64,000 bases of DNA from Candidatus Amphrikana amoebophyrae (GCA_030408475.1 JAUHQG010000010.1:4200-68199); one strand, 5' to 3'; positions 18,405 to 28,360 are shown, counted from the first letter of the stretch. Numbers and translations are program-made. Notes: generated by a model from the letters alone, not told the origin.

Positions 18405-19232
18405 ATGAAACGCCGCTATATTTTTACTCTAGCTACTTTTTTACTCACGTCAAGTTTTACTCTTCAAGCTGAGGATTATTTCCAAAGATACGAGAATTTG
18501 TTTCAAACCTATCCACAAGCTTTGGGTAAACTTGGAGATTGGAAAAAAGGTGAAATCCAAATCCTTACTGATCGAGACGAAATCGAAAAAGCAGAACGCT
18601 TTATCTATAAACTCAATATAGCTAAAGGCTATTCTAAAGAAGCCTCTTTAGAATTTAGCAAAGTTGGAATCATTGCTGAAGACACCTATTTTATCTTTAT
18701 TAGAGATGCTGTAATGTTTCCATCGGGTAAATATGGAACATATGATCGGATCATGCCCAAACATGCGTTAAATGGTCCGGCTGGAGTTGCAATACTAGCT
18801 ACGCTGCCAGATAATAAAATTGTCACGATCTTGAACTTTCGCCACGCGACCCGTACTTGGTGCATTGAATTACCAAGAGGATCAAGAGAAGTAGACGAAT
18901 CCCCTATTACTGCTGCAAAAAGAGAGCTTAACGAAGAAACTGGGTATATAACCGATAAAGTTCATTTACTCGGCCATCTCGTTCCTGATAGTGGAATACT
19001 AGCCTCAAAATACCCCATCTATCACGTTAAAGCTAAGATGCAAATTGAGCCTAATCATAATTATTCAGAGGCTATATCTAAAGTAATGCTCTTTACAAAA
19101 GACGAATTAAAACAAGCTTTAGCAGAAGGTTTTATTCAAATGGATATTCAGGGCAAGTCTCGTAATGTTCTTGTTATGGATGCTAATATTTCTCACGCTC
19201 TGCTGCTAGCAGAAGCGCAAGGAATATTATAA
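18405..19232 (+). CDS. Nudix hydrolase with N-terminal signal peptide (exported Nudix paralog)
   Basis: MKRRYIFTLATFLLTSSFTLQA looks like a cleavable signal peptide. A complete Nudix box is present: GSREVDESPITAAKRELNEETGY. The core resembles the ADP-ribose pyrophosphatase-like gene at 10860. Confidence 0.65.
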   Translation: MKRRYIFTLATFLLTSSFTLQAEDYFQRYENLFQTYPQALGKLGDWKKGEIQILTDRDEIEKAERFIYKLNIAKGYSKEASLEFSKVGIIAEDTYFIFIRDAVMFPSGKYGTYDRIMPKHALNGPAGVAILATLPDNKIVTILNFRHATRTWCIELPRGSREVDESPITAAKRELNEETGYITDKVHLLGHLVPDSGILASKYPIYHVKAKMQIEPNHNYSEAISKVMLFTKDELKQALAEGFIQMDIQGKSRNVLVMDANISHALLLAEAQGIL

Positions 19233-19260
19233 ACTGATTGCCTATTTGTAAACACTCTCC

Positions 19261-20637
19261 TTATAAAAGGGCTAGTGGCGACCGTGACTCTTGAAGCTCT
19301 CTTTTTTTCATTGGCTCTATCACCTGTCCAATCAAATCATAGCCAATTGCATCTGTAATCTCAACTAAATAGCGCTCGCCAAATGTATCCACTCCAGATA
19401 CATCATTGATGATCACCTCTCCATCAACATCTGGCGCTTGCCCATAAAATCGGCCTGTCATAAGATGTTCAGACTCAGGATGGTATGCCTCAACCACCAC
19501 TTCAAGTTGCTTGCCTATATACTGATCATTCTTATCTTCCGCCACTTGCGCTTGAGCTGCTGCTAATCTCTCGAATCTGTCTTGCTTAACCTCTTCACTA
19601 ATATGGCCAGGCAGCTTTGCTGAGTATGAATCTTCTTCAAGTGAATATTGGAAGATCCCTATATTATCTAATTTATACTCTTTAACAAATGCTAATAATT
19701 CACAAAACTGCTCTTCTGTTTCTTGGGGAAAGCCTACCATTAAACTTGAGCGGATAACGATATGAGGAATTTCTTTTCGCAACTTAGTAATAGTATTGAT
19801 AATTTGCTTTCGATCTGTTTTACGATGCATATTCTTTAATATTTGATCGTTGATATGTTGAATTGGCATATCAAGGTATGGCAAAAGACGATCATTATTT
19901 TTAATCAGCTCAATCAGCTCATCATCAATTTCATCTGGATACAAATATAAAAGTCTAAGCCAAAAATCTCCTTCCTCTTTTAATAACTCTTTAAGAAGAA
20001 CGGCAAGAGTTGGTTTACCCTCTTGATCTTTTCCATAATCGCCCAAATCTTGAGCTATTAATATGATTTCTCGCGCTCCAGAATTTATCAAAGCTCTAAA
20101 TTCTTTTTTTACTTGCTCAATCGGTTTACTCTTAAGCTTCCCTTTTATAAGTGGGATAATACAAAAAGCGCACCTTTTTTTGCACCCTTCGGCAATTTTC
20201 AAATAGCCGAAATGATTTGGAGTTGTTAAAAGTCTTGGCACTTCTCCTTGTTGCAAAAAGCTCTTAGCATCTGTAACTCCATCGCCCTGTTCTTCTGATA
20301 TCAGGGCACTTAATATCTTACCCATATCTCCAGAACCTAAATAGTAATGCACATCCGGGTAGCATTCTTCGATCAATTTCTTATGCCCTTGAACCATACA
20401 TCCAACTACAATGACTTTTGCTGATTTTTTCTTGATCTCAAAAAGCTCATCCAATACATCCAAAGCTTCTTCACGAGCACTTTTCAAAAAACCACACGTA
20501 TTAACCACTAGAAAATCGGCATCTTCCGGTTCACTCACAGGTTGATACCCTGCTTTTAAGACAATGCCAAGCATAACTTCGGTATCGACTAGGTTTCGGC
20601 TACAGCCTAAACTAGTAAAATTGATTTTATTTCCCAT
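19261..20637 (-). CDS. rimO: Ribosomal protein S12 methylthiotransferase (radical SAM, MiaB/RimO family)
   Basis: ATG at 20637 with AGGAG 5 nt upstream. N-terminal INFTSLGCSRNLVDTE, radical-SAM CxxxCxxC (CKKRCAFC) and a C-terminal TRAM-like domain. Assignment as RimO rather than MiaB rests on the N-terminal motif and length. Confidence 0.75.
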   Translation of the reverse strand: MGNKINFTSLGCSRNLVDTEVMLGIVLKAGYQPVSEPEDADFLVVNTCGFLKSAREEALDVLDELFEIKKKSAKVIVVGCMVQGHKKLIEECYPDVHYYLGSGDMGKILSALISEEQGDGVTDAKSFLQQGEVPRLLTTPNHFGYLKIAEGCKKRCAFCIIPLIKGKLKSKPIEQVKKEFRALINSGAREIILIAQDLGDYGKDQEGKPTLAVLLKELLKEEGDFWLRLLYLYPDEIDDELIELIKNNDRLLPYLDMPIQHINDQILKNMHRKTDRKQIINTITKLRKEIPHIVIRSSLMVGFPQETEEQFCELLAFVKEYKLDNIGIFQYSLEEDSYSAKLPGHISEEVKQDRFERLAAAQAQVAEDKNDQYIGKQLEVVVEAYHPESEHLMTGRFYGQAPDVDGEVIINDVSGVDTFGERYLVEITDAIGYDLIGQVIEPMKKRELQESRSPLALL

Positions 20638-20735
20638 AAGACTCCTAAAATTTTTTAACAACTATATCAAATCCTCTATATTTTGACAAAATAGAGTTTT
20701 CATGTGATAATTAATGATCAATACTTTTGGATGTT

Positions 20736-21674
20736 ATGCTTTGGCGATTAGTGGGGCGGCGCCTCATTCAGCTACTCATTTCACTCTTTGCGGTGATCAC
20801 TCTCACTTTCTTCTTAATGAAAGCAATTCCAGGCAATCCATTTCTTCAAGAACAAGCCATACCACAAGAAATACTAGACGCTATGATGCACCACTATGGG
20901 TTTGATAAACCTATATTCGTACAATACCTTACTTACTTGAAGAAAGTGGTTACATTTTCTCTAGGCCCTTCATTCAAATTCGAAGGGTGGAGCGTAAACC
21001 AAATTATTTATGACGGATTTCCCATTTCTTTATGTCTTGGAGTTTGCGCACTTTCTCTTTCAATAACTTTTGGTATTTTACTAGGTACTTTATCAGCATT
21101 ATATAGAGGTAAATGGCAAGATCACTTTTTCATGGTTTTAGCTGTATTAGGTATTTCTACTCCAAGTTTCATTTTAGCTACACTTTTACAATATCTATTT
21201 GCTATGAAACTTTCCATTTTGCCTATTGCCAGATGGGGAGGTATATCACACCTAGTTCTCCCTGTTATTTCATTAAGCGCTCTCCCGACTGCCTTTATAG
21301 CAAGACTAGTCAAAACAAATATGATAGAAACTTTAGAGCAAGATTATATTACTATGGCAAAGGCCAAAGGGCTCTCCACTATTAAAATTGTATGGCATCA
21401 TGTCTTAAAAAATTCAATTCTCCCTGTTTTATCATATATAGGCCATATAAGCGCTTCAATTATGACGGGTAGTTTTGTTATTGAAAAGATATTTGGTATA
21501 CCAGGTCTTGGAAGTTGGTTTGTCGGCAGTATCATCAATCGAGACTATACTGTTATTATGGGAATAACTGTCTTTTACAGTAGCTTTTTAATGCTTTGTA
21601 TTTTCATTGTTGATATTCTATATATGTTAATCGATCCTAGAATTAACCGGTCGGTGAAAAGTTTGCATGGATGA
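20736..21674 (+). CDS. oppB: Oligopeptide/dipeptide ABC transporter permease (OppB/DppB-like)
   Basis: ATG 20736 gives MLWRLVGRRLIQLLISLFAVITLTFFLM, a typical OppB N-terminus. EAA-loop region LEQDYITMAKAKGLS. The ORF-track start at 20727 is a TTG. Confidence 0.8.
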   Translation: MLWRLVGRRLIQLLISLFAVITLTFFLMKAIPGNPFLQEQAIPQEILDAMMHHYGFDKPIFVQYLTYLKKVVTFSLGPSFKFEGWSVNQIIYDGFPISLCLGVCALSLSITFGILLGTLSALYRGKWQDHFFMVLAVLGISTPSFILATLLQYLFAMKLSILPIARWGGISHLVLPVISLSALPTAFIARLVKTNMIETLEQDYITMAKAKGLSTIKIVWHHVLKNSILPVLSYIGHISASIMTGSFVIEKIFGIPGLGSWFVGSIINRDYTVIMGITVFYSSFLMLCIFIVDILYMLIDPRINRSVKSLHG

Positions 21675-22572
21675 AACTCTTTTTGAAAAAGCGATTAAAA
21701 TTCCTAACCAAAAAGAAGGTTTCTCTACCCCTTCTTCTTTCACACGCAACGCCCTAATTAAATTATCACAAAATAAGCTAGCTATTTGCGGCATATCTGT
21801 TTTGACTGTCCTAATTTTACTCGCTATATTTTGCCCCATCTTCTACAAGACTCCCTACTACTCCACTCATCTAGACTCAAAAAACCTTCCACCATGTAGA
21901 GAGTATTGGTTCGGAACAGATGCTCTTGGTCGTGACATTTTTTCTCGCATTTGGTATGGGGCTCGAATTACTTTGTTTATTGGAATTGTAGCGGCGATAA
22001 TTGATATGATAATTGGGGTTTTCTACGGAGCAATCGCCGGTTATTTTGGTGGCAAACTCGATGTTTTTATGATGAGAATTGCTGATATCATCTACTCTGT
22101 TCCTAAATTAATATTAGTTATTTTATTCATGGTGGTTGTAGGCCAAGGAATTACTACTATAATTTTTGCTATTACCATTACTGGCTGGATAAATATGTCT
22201 CGCATAGTTAGAGGTCAAATTATGCAAATAAAAGAGCGAGAATTTGTGTTAGCCGCTCAAACTATGGGTGGATCAAAATTTCATTGTTTAATAACCCATC
22301 TGATCCCAAACTGTTTCGGCCCAATTATTACAACAGTAACTCTTTCAATACCTGCCGCGATTTTCACAGAGTCTTTTTTAAGTTTTCTTGGACTTGGAGT
22401 TCCACCCCCTGCAGCCAGTTGGGGCACAATGGCTAAAGAAGGGCTCGCCTCCTTCCGCTATTTTCCTTGGCGACTTTTTTTTCCGGCTGCTTTTGTCTCA
22501 ATTACTCTGCTTGCATTCAATGTTGTAGGAGATGGAGTTCGGGATGCATTTGATCCAAGGTATGAAAGATGA
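21667..22572 (+). CDS. oppC: Oligopeptide/dipeptide ABC transporter permease (OppC/DppC-like)
   Basis: GTDALGRDIFSRIWYGARI motif and EFVLAAQTMGGSK EAA loop. 8-nt overlap with oppB and 4-nt overlap with oppD. Confidence 0.8.
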   Translation: MDETLFEKAIKIPNQKEGFSTPSSFTRNALIKLSQNKLAICGISVLTVLILLAIFCPIFYKTPYYSTHLDSKNLPPCREYWFGTDALGRDIFSRIWYGARITLFIGIVAAIIDMIIGVFYGAIAGYFGGKLDVFMMRIADIIYSVPKLILVILFMVVVGQGITTIIFAITITGWINMSRIVRGQIMQIKEREFVLAAQTMGGSKFHCLITHLIPNCFGPIITTVTLSIPAAIFTESFLSFLGLGVPPPAASWGTMAKEGLASFRYFPWRLFFPAAFVSITLLAFNVVGDGVRDAFDPRYER

Positions 22573-23591
22573 CTCCACTTTTAACTGTCTCTAATCTACA
22601 TGTTGTTTTTAAAAACCGTAACAAACCGATTCATGCTGTTCGAGGAGTAAGTTTCTCCCTTAAAAAACAAGAAATGTTAGCTCTAGTTGGAGAATCAGGC
22701 TCTGGCAAAAGTGTGACAGCTAGAGCTATAACAAGGCTGCTGTCAAAAGATCGTACCGAAATATGGGCTGACGAGATGATTCTAGATGATCAAGACTTAC
22801 AAGCTATGAGTGATAAGCAATATCAAAATATTCGAGGTAATAAAATTGCAATGATTTTGCAAGACCCTATTTCCTCTTTAAATCCTACCCAAAAAGTGGG
22901 AATACAAATTTCAGAATGTGTAAAAAAGCAAGATCGCACTTTAAACAAATACGAAGTAAAGCAAAGAGTTCTCCAGTTACTTTCAATGGTCAAAATGCCC
23001 TCTCCGGAAATTCACTATTCTCAATATCCTTTTGAATTAAGCGGAGGCATGTGTCAAAGAATTTCCATTGCTATGGCTTTTGCTTTTAAACCTCAAATCA
23101 TTATTGCAGACGAGCCTACAACAGCTTTGGATGTTACCACTCAAGCAGAAATCTTAAGTTTAATGAAAGAGCTTCAAGTGAAAACTAAAACAAGTATCAT
23201 TTTAATTACCCATGACCTTGGCATCGTCTTTAAATATTGTGATCGAGCTTTAGTTATGTATGGCGGCGAAATTATCGAATCAGGAGCAGTCACTCATCTG
23301 TTTAAATCTCCAAATCACCCATACACATCATTACTACTAAGTTCACTTCCTCAACTTAATCAGATTTCTAAAAAGCTTGCTCAGATAGAAGGATCCCCTA
23401 TTCATTTATCACAAAGAGTAAGCGGATGTAGTTTTTTTGAGCGATGCCCTCATGCCATGAACATCTGTAACCAAAGAGCTCCTCCAGCAATCCGTCATGA
23501 AAACGGGTCTCTCTCAACTTGTTGGTTAGGATTCAAGAATTCTCAAAATAAAAAAGTGGAGGTTGAGGTTGAAGAAGTTGTTAAGTGTTAG
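22569..23591 (+). CDS. oppD: Oligopeptide ABC transporter ATPase (OppD-like)
   Basis: Walker A GESGSGKS, signature LSGGMCQR, Walker B IIIADEPTTALD, and a C-terminal oligopeptide-type extension with a Cys cluster. Confidence 0.85.
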   Translation: MTPLLTVSNLHVVFKNRNKPIHAVRGVSFSLKKQEMLALVGESGSGKSVTARAITRLLSKDRTEIWADEMILDDQDLQAMSDKQYQNIRGNKIAMILQDPISSLNPTQKVGIQISECVKKQDRTLNKYEVKQRVLQLLSMVKMPSPEIHYSQYPFELSGGMCQRISIAMAFAFKPQIIIADEPTTALDVTTQAEILSLMKELQVKTKTSIILITHDLGIVFKYCDRALVMYGGEIIESGAVTHLFKSPNHPYTSLLLSSLPQLNQISKKLAQIEGSPIHLSQRVSGCSFFERCPHAMNICNQRAPPAIRHENGSLSTCWLGFKNSQNKKVEVEVEEVVKC

Positions 23592-24324
23592 AAACTTAAC
23601 CATTAAATATAGCAATAACCTGAAAGCTGTTGACTCCGTTTCATTTTCCCTAAATGAAAATGAAACATTGGGTCTAGTTGGAGAATCGGGAAGTGGAAAG
23701 TCCTCCATTGCCAAAACACTAGCGCGGATTATTCACCCCTCAGAAGGTGACGTTGAGTTTTTCGGTATTGATCTACTCAATCCGAATCGACAAGAAAAAA
23801 AAATACTCCAAAGGGAGCTTCAATTGGTATTTCAAGATGCAAGTGGAAGCTTAAATCCTCGCATGACAATTGAAGAAATTATCAGTGAGCCTCTCTATAT
23901 TCATAAGGCTAAAATGAAATACTGTCGTGAAAAAGTGCATGAGTTACTCGAGTTGGTTGGACTGAGCCCCAATTACCTCAACAACTATCCTCATCAATTA
24001 AGTGGGGGTCAAAAACAACGCGTTGCGATTGCAAGAGCATTGGCCTTAGATCCAAAATTTGTCATCTTTGACGAGTCGATTTCAGCATTAGATGTCTCTG
24101 TCCAAGCTCAAATCGTTAATCTATTAATTGATTTACGAACAAAAATTGGTCTGACATTTTTGTTTATTTCACATGACCTGTCAATGGTCCGTTTTTTATC
24201 TGACCGAATAGCTGTGATGCATAAAGGCAAAATAGTAGAGTGCGGCCCCCCTGAACAAGTGTATAACTCTCCTTCTCATCCCTATACTCAAAAATTGATC
24301 CAATCAATTCCACTTGTAACGTAA
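23563..24324 (+). CDS. oppF: Oligopeptide ABC transporter ATPase (OppF-like)
   Basis: Walker A GESGSGKSS, signature LSGGQKQR, Walker B VIFDESISALD. The start is uncertain: in-frame TTG at 23563, 23569 or 23578. GGAGG at 23558-23562 favours 23569. There is no nearby ATG. Confidence 0.8.
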   Translation: MRLKKLLSVRNLTIKYSNNLKAVDSVSFSLNENETLGLVGESGSGKSSIAKTLARIIHPSEGDVEFFGIDLLNPNRQEKKILQRELQLVFQDASGSLNPRMTIEEIISEPLYIHKAKMKYCREKVHELLELVGLSPNYLNNYPHQLSGGQKQRVAIARALALDPKFVIFDESISALDVSVQAQIVNLLIDLRTKIGLTFLFISHDLSMVRFLSDRIAVMHKGKIVECGPPEQVYNSPSHPYTQKLIQSIPLVT

Positions 24325-24332
24325 GTTGCTTT

Positions 24333-26204
24333 TTAAACCTGCTCTTTCTGATCTGAGACCACTTTGTTTAGTTCACTTACATCGGACAAGCCGCGACAAA
24401 CCCAAACTCTACAGTTTGCTTCATGTAAAATACGTTCTGTAACAGCACCCAATCCTAAGTAGTTCTTCCTATCAGTACTAGGAGGAGCTCCCATAATTAA
24501 CAAGTCGTATTTTTCTTGCTCTATCATCTCTAATAATGTGGTCGCTACAGATCGAGCTTTAATTTGCTTTAAATTTATTCTTACCCCATATTCCCCTGCA
24601 ATTGCTTCTGCTCTTTGCAAAACAGAATCAACATCTTTTGGAATTCTAAAAACATGAGAGTTTAAAGGAAAAGCAAAAGGGACTTCAATAATATTCACAG
24701 CTGTCACAATACCACCATGCGCTTTAGCAGCCTGACAAGCAATTTGAACTGTTTCTGTTTCAATTCCCCCTCGGGTTGGAACTAAAATATGCTTCAAACC
24801 AAGAGTTTTGTATTCATGTATTATAATCTTTTGAACTGATAAACTTCCAGTAGGACTAATGCGATGACGCCTTCTATAAAAGATATACATAGGTATGCCT
24901 AAAAGAAGCCAAATAATTCCTAAATTCCTTCCTTCAGGTTTAGTGAAAATAACTAGTATCCAAACAGTTAAAGTTGCCATCGCCCCTAATATAGCCGATA
25001 TTGGAATCTCCTTTCCCTTGATTTTGATATTGAAAGGGATCTTAAATGGACGATGTACCTCACTATGCTTAATTCTATGCATTATTAAAGCAAGATGGGC
25101 TGAAAAAAAAGCCAACATAGCGCCAAAATTATAAAGGTCAGCTAAAAAAGCGAGTTTACCTCGACTCCATAATAATATTATGGATGCAAAAGTTGCAAAA
25201 ACCAAAAGGGAGGCTACAGGCGTTTTATACTTGCGGCTTAAGTAGTAAAACATTTTAGGAAGTTGATAATTTTCACCCAAGTTAAATGCTAATCTAGATG
25301 ATCCGATTAAACCTGCATTTGCAGCGACAATGAGTATAATAGCCCCAATTAAGCCCACCCAATGAATCATGTACTTACCAACGCCAGGAATTTCACGAAC
25401 AATTCCAGCAATTGGATCATTTACATACGTAGTACTTAACAAAAGTGGCGTCATAGCTGAAAGCGCCACAAATGATATTCCTATGTATAATACAAGTAGA
25501 GTTCCCATCGCCCACATGATCGCTTTTGGGACAGTTTTTGAAGGGTTTTTTGCCTCAGCTGAAAGTTGAGCCATCGACTCTATTCCCGTATAAGCTACCA
25601 TAGCCATAGCAACCCCTTTCCAAAACGAAGGCCATGTAGGTGAATAAACAGAGTCTGGCACACCAATTTTCATATGTTCAAAAATTGTAGGCAAATTAAT
25701 GAGTAAAATAGCTCCAGAAACAATGATTAAAACTTGAGTGACAATGGCTAAAAAAGTGAGCCATATACTAAAGCGAGTTGAGTTTTTAACACCTACAATA
25801 TTTAAAATGGTAAGTAAAAAAACGATACAAACAGCAAAAATAATGTTAGCAATAGGATCTGCTAACAAAGGAAAAAAGACTTTTAAATAAGCTCCAACAG
25901 CAAACGAAGAAATCGCAATTGTCACAATGTAATCAAGTAAAAGAGCCCATCCTGATATAAATGATATCAAGTCATTAAAAGCTCTTCTTGTATAAGAAGC
26001 TGATCCACCCGACTCAAAAACAACAGATGACATTTCAGCATAGGTAAGTGCTGTGAAGGCAAAAACTATACCAGCAATTAGTAATGCAATGGGAGTTGCT
26101 CCTAGGGCAAAAAAGGCGGTAATTCCTAATGCGTAATAAATAGAGGAGCCAAGATCACCATAGCCAACAGCGAAGAGGTCTTTAACGCCTAATATTCTTT
26201 TCAT
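24333..26204 (-). CDS. APC-family amino-acid permease fused to a C-terminal universal stress protein (Usp) domain
   Basis: Permease core (DLFAVGYGDLGSSIYYALG..., about 12 TM), then a Usp-like tail (ILVPTRGG...LLIMGAP). ATG 26204 is preferred because AAGGTG lies upstream. The ORF-track TTG at 26273 is an alternative. Confidence 0.7.
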   Translation of the reverse strand: MKRILGVKDLFAVGYGDLGSSIYYALGITAFFALGATPIALLIAGIVFAFTALTYAEMSSVVFESGGSASYTRRAFNDLISFISGWALLLDYIVTIAISSFAVGAYLKVFFPLLADPIANIIFAVCIVFLLTILNIVGVKNSTRFSIWLTFLAIVTQVLIIVSGAILLINLPTIFEHMKIGVPDSVYSPTWPSFWKGVAMAMVAYTGIESMAQLSAEAKNPSKTVPKAIMWAMGTLLVLYIGISFVALSAMTPLLLSTTYVNDPIAGIVREIPGVGKYMIHWVGLIGAIILIVAANAGLIGSSRLAFNLGENYQLPKMFYYLSRKYKTPVASLLVFATFASIILLWSRGKLAFLADLYNFGAMLAFFSAHLALIMHRIKHSEVHRPFKIPFNIKIKGKEIPISAILGAMATLTVWILVIFTKPEGRNLGIIWLLLGIPMYIFYRRRHRISPTGSLSVQKIIIHEYKTLGLKHILVPTRGGIETETVQIACQAAKAHGGIVTAVNIIEVPFAFPLNSHVFRIPKDVDSVLQRAEAIAGEYGVRINLKQIKARSVATTLLEMIEQEKYDLLIMGAPPSTDRKNYLGLGAVTERILHEANCRVWVCRGLSDVSELNKVVSDQKEQV

Positions 26205-26329
26205 AGCACCTTTATCGATGCGGGAAATTTTAGTTTGTTGAGGTTGAGAATCTTCTTTCACAATCACGCCCAATTAGGTATACTTAAGTAAACCATTGAT
26301 ATCCCATTTTTATCAGTTAAAAGGCAACA

Positions 26330-26974
26330 ATGAAAATCAAACTATTACCTCCAATAAGTGATGGAAAATATACACTAAAAGGGTGCCAAGTTACTTTCAA
26401 CCCATTGCCAATGGATCCTGAGCTTAATGAAGTGGATCGAAAAAAGTGTATTGAACTAATTAAATTGGTAGAATCTAAGCCTAAATTAGCTAGAAAAGAA
26501 TTGGCCTCAGCATTCCGAAATAACCCTTATCATCCAGCAGTACTCAATTTACAAACCTTTTGTGAAGTTCAATTGAAAAGGGTGAGAAAAGCAGATTGCT
26601 TCATCACTACAAATTATGAGAAAAACCCTCATTCTGTTTTAGCAGTGCTCAACTATGGCGACATGTTGCTTCGTAAAAGGCAGATGAAAAAATTTGAAGC
26701 TATATTTAAAGATAAAATGGATATTGGCGATCTTTTTTTAGGTCACACCTTGTTTTATAGCGAAGATGCGAGAGCATTTTATGCTCTAATGGGCTTTTAT
26801 CATATCAAAATGAAGAACAAAGCTCTAGCCTCATTGTACTATTCAAATGCATATAAGTTAAATTCCACCCATCTTAGCGTTCTTCATTTGGAAAGAAAAC
26901 TCGCTAAGAAGGTGATGTGGAATAATATAAAACGCTTTTTTGCGCAAAAACTTAAGCCTGTGAAAACAAGTTAG
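26330..26974 (+). CDS. Hypothetical protein (helical, possibly TPR-like)
   Basis: 214-aa ORF with no recognisable motif. 23-nt convergent overlap with the next gene. Confidence 0.35.
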   Translation: MKIKLLPPISDGKYTLKGCQVTFNPLPMDPELNEVDRKKCIELIKLVESKPKLARKELASAFRNNPYHPAVLNLQTFCEVQLKRVRKADCFITTNYEKNPHSVLAVLNYGDMLLRKRQMKKFEAIFKDKMDIGDLFLGHTLFYSEDARAFYALMGFYHIKMKNKALASLYYSNAYKLNSTHLSVLHLERKLAKKVMWNNIKRFFAQKLKPVKTS

Positions 26975-28223
26975 TTGTAAATTCAGCAACTGAGCTTGTC
27001 ACCCCAGTGATTGTAGTAGTGAGCGCAGTTGAAATTCCTGAAACTGTCGCGCCAATAGTCTGACCAACAGGAGTTATAACTTCTTTATATACTATAGAGA
27101 CTCCATCTGAAAGTGCCACTCCAACAGGCGCTGCAATCTCTCTCCAAACCCATTTTCCTAAATCTGAAGATCTATCTCTAATATACGCTGCTGAGCTAGA
27201 AACAAAATTAAATACAGATTTAGCAATTGCAGCAACAGCCGTGATAATTGCCGTAGTTATGGCTGTAATTCCATTCCTAATGGGTAGCGCAACCCAATAA
27301 TATAAAAACAATGCCGCTCTTTTTCCATAATGTACAGTTGTCGCTATAACTCTTTTAAGTACACTGCCAAGTGCACTGATTATTCTATTGAGCTGAGTGC
27401 CTAAAAATGAAGCAAATTGCCCAATTGGCTTAATAACATAGTTATATAATAGTTTTAGCCCTTCTAACAATTTCTCTCCTATATATTTTAGAGCTCGAGA
27501 AGCAAAATCTACCACTGCAATGACTGCACTACGTAGGTTGCTTAAGCCCGCTTTTATAAATTGTCCAATTGGCTTAATAACATGATCTAAACTCCATTTT
27601 GCTATTTCTACTACACAGTCTTTGACAGCTAATAAAGCAGTTTGAATCCCTTCCAATACTCCTTGAATGAAATTCGTAATCTCGTCTAAACAAGTATTTA
27701 AAACTCTACCGATAGGCTCAAATATATGATTATTGGCCCAATTGATAAGGTTGCTAAACTGCGTCCCTATCCATTGAATAATCGGTTTAGCTATGCGAAC
27801 GATTTCATCAGCTATAAACCTTATCCCTCTTATGGCATAATCAATAGATGGAACTATTATTTTGTTATAAGTATATGAAAGTGCTTTTGGTATATTTTCC
27901 TGAAAATAAGGAATAACCTCATTGAATACCCATTTTGGAAATGTATAAGTTGTCATATATACAGGAACAGCCATAGATAAAAAGAGGTACTTGCCACCCT
28001 TAAATAATGCATTACCTATAAATTGAGCTCTTTTAGCAACTGCTTGAGAACTTTCCCCTAACGGTTGAGCGCGAGTTAGCCACTTTGATCCGTTTTCAAT
28101 AGCTCTACCGCTTCCAGCTGAAATTGCAGAAAGGGCAAGAGCGCTTACCACTGTTTTACAAAATATTCTAGCATAATAATTACTTACACATGAATCAATT
28201 TTGTCGCTAATTGCACCAATCAT
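26952..28223 (-). CDS. Hypothetical repeat protein with about nine hhI-x-P-[IV]-G helical repeats
   Basis: ATG 28223 lies 7 nt after AGGAGG (28231-28238, minus sense). Recurring units: NEVIPYFQ, NKIIVPSIDY, KPIIQWIGTQF, NHIFEPIGRVL, DHVIKPIGQFIK, NYVIKPIGQFAS, WVALPIRNGI, REIAAPVGVAL, KEVITPVGQTI. Two 26-nt DNA copies (27414-27439 and 27558-27583) are identical at 25/26 positions. Confidence 0.5.
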   Translation of the reverse strand: MIGAISDKIDSCVSNYYARIFCKTVVSALALSAISAGSGRAIENGSKWLTRAQPLGESSQAVAKRAQFIGNALFKGGKYLFLSMAVPVYMTTYTFPKWVFNEVIPYFQENIPKALSYTYNKIIVPSIDYAIRGIRFIADEIVRIAKPIIQWIGTQFSNLINWANNHIFEPIGRVLNTCLDEITNFIQGVLEGIQTALLAVKDCVVEIAKWSLDHVIKPIGQFIKAGLSNLRSAVIAVVDFASRALKYIGEKLLEGLKLLYNYVIKPIGQFASFLGTQLNRIISALGSVLKRVIATTVHYGKRAALFLYYWVALPIRNGITAITTAIITAVAAIAKSVFNFVSSSAAYIRDRSSDLGKWVWREIAAPVGVALSDGVSIVYKEVITPVGQTIGATVSGISTALTTTITGVTSSVAEFTTNLFSQA

Positions 28224-28321
28224 TCCCAATCCTCCTAGTTAATGAGTTGTTATAGTACAAGAATACCAGATATAATTACAAACAAATTTGAGCGTTTCAG
28301 CGATAAAACAAATGCAATTTC

Positions 28322-28360
28322 AAGAAAAAGAAGGGGCACAATGAAACATTGCGCCCTTCC
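28322..28360 (-). terminator. Intrinsic terminator (minus strand)
   Basis: Minus-strand RNA GAAGGGCGCAAUG-uuu-CAUUGUGCCCCUUC forms 13 bp with one bulge, followed by UUUUUCUU. Confidence 0.6.

Noticed and set aside
20233-20252. Sigma-54-like TGGCAC...TTG motif
   Set aside because: The spacing is off by one relative to TGGCAC-N5-TTGC. It also lies inside rimO on the antisense strand.
20714-21385. Out-of-frame ORFs 20714..20905 and 21113..21385 overlapping oppB
   Set aside because: They are fully contained in the well-supported permease gene in other frames and have no independent support.
20736-24324. Absence of an oppA substrate-binding gene in the oppBCDF operon
   Set aside because: Binding-protein genes are often encoded elsewhere, sometimes in multiple copies, in Chlamydiae-like genomes. 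This is not anomalous by itself.
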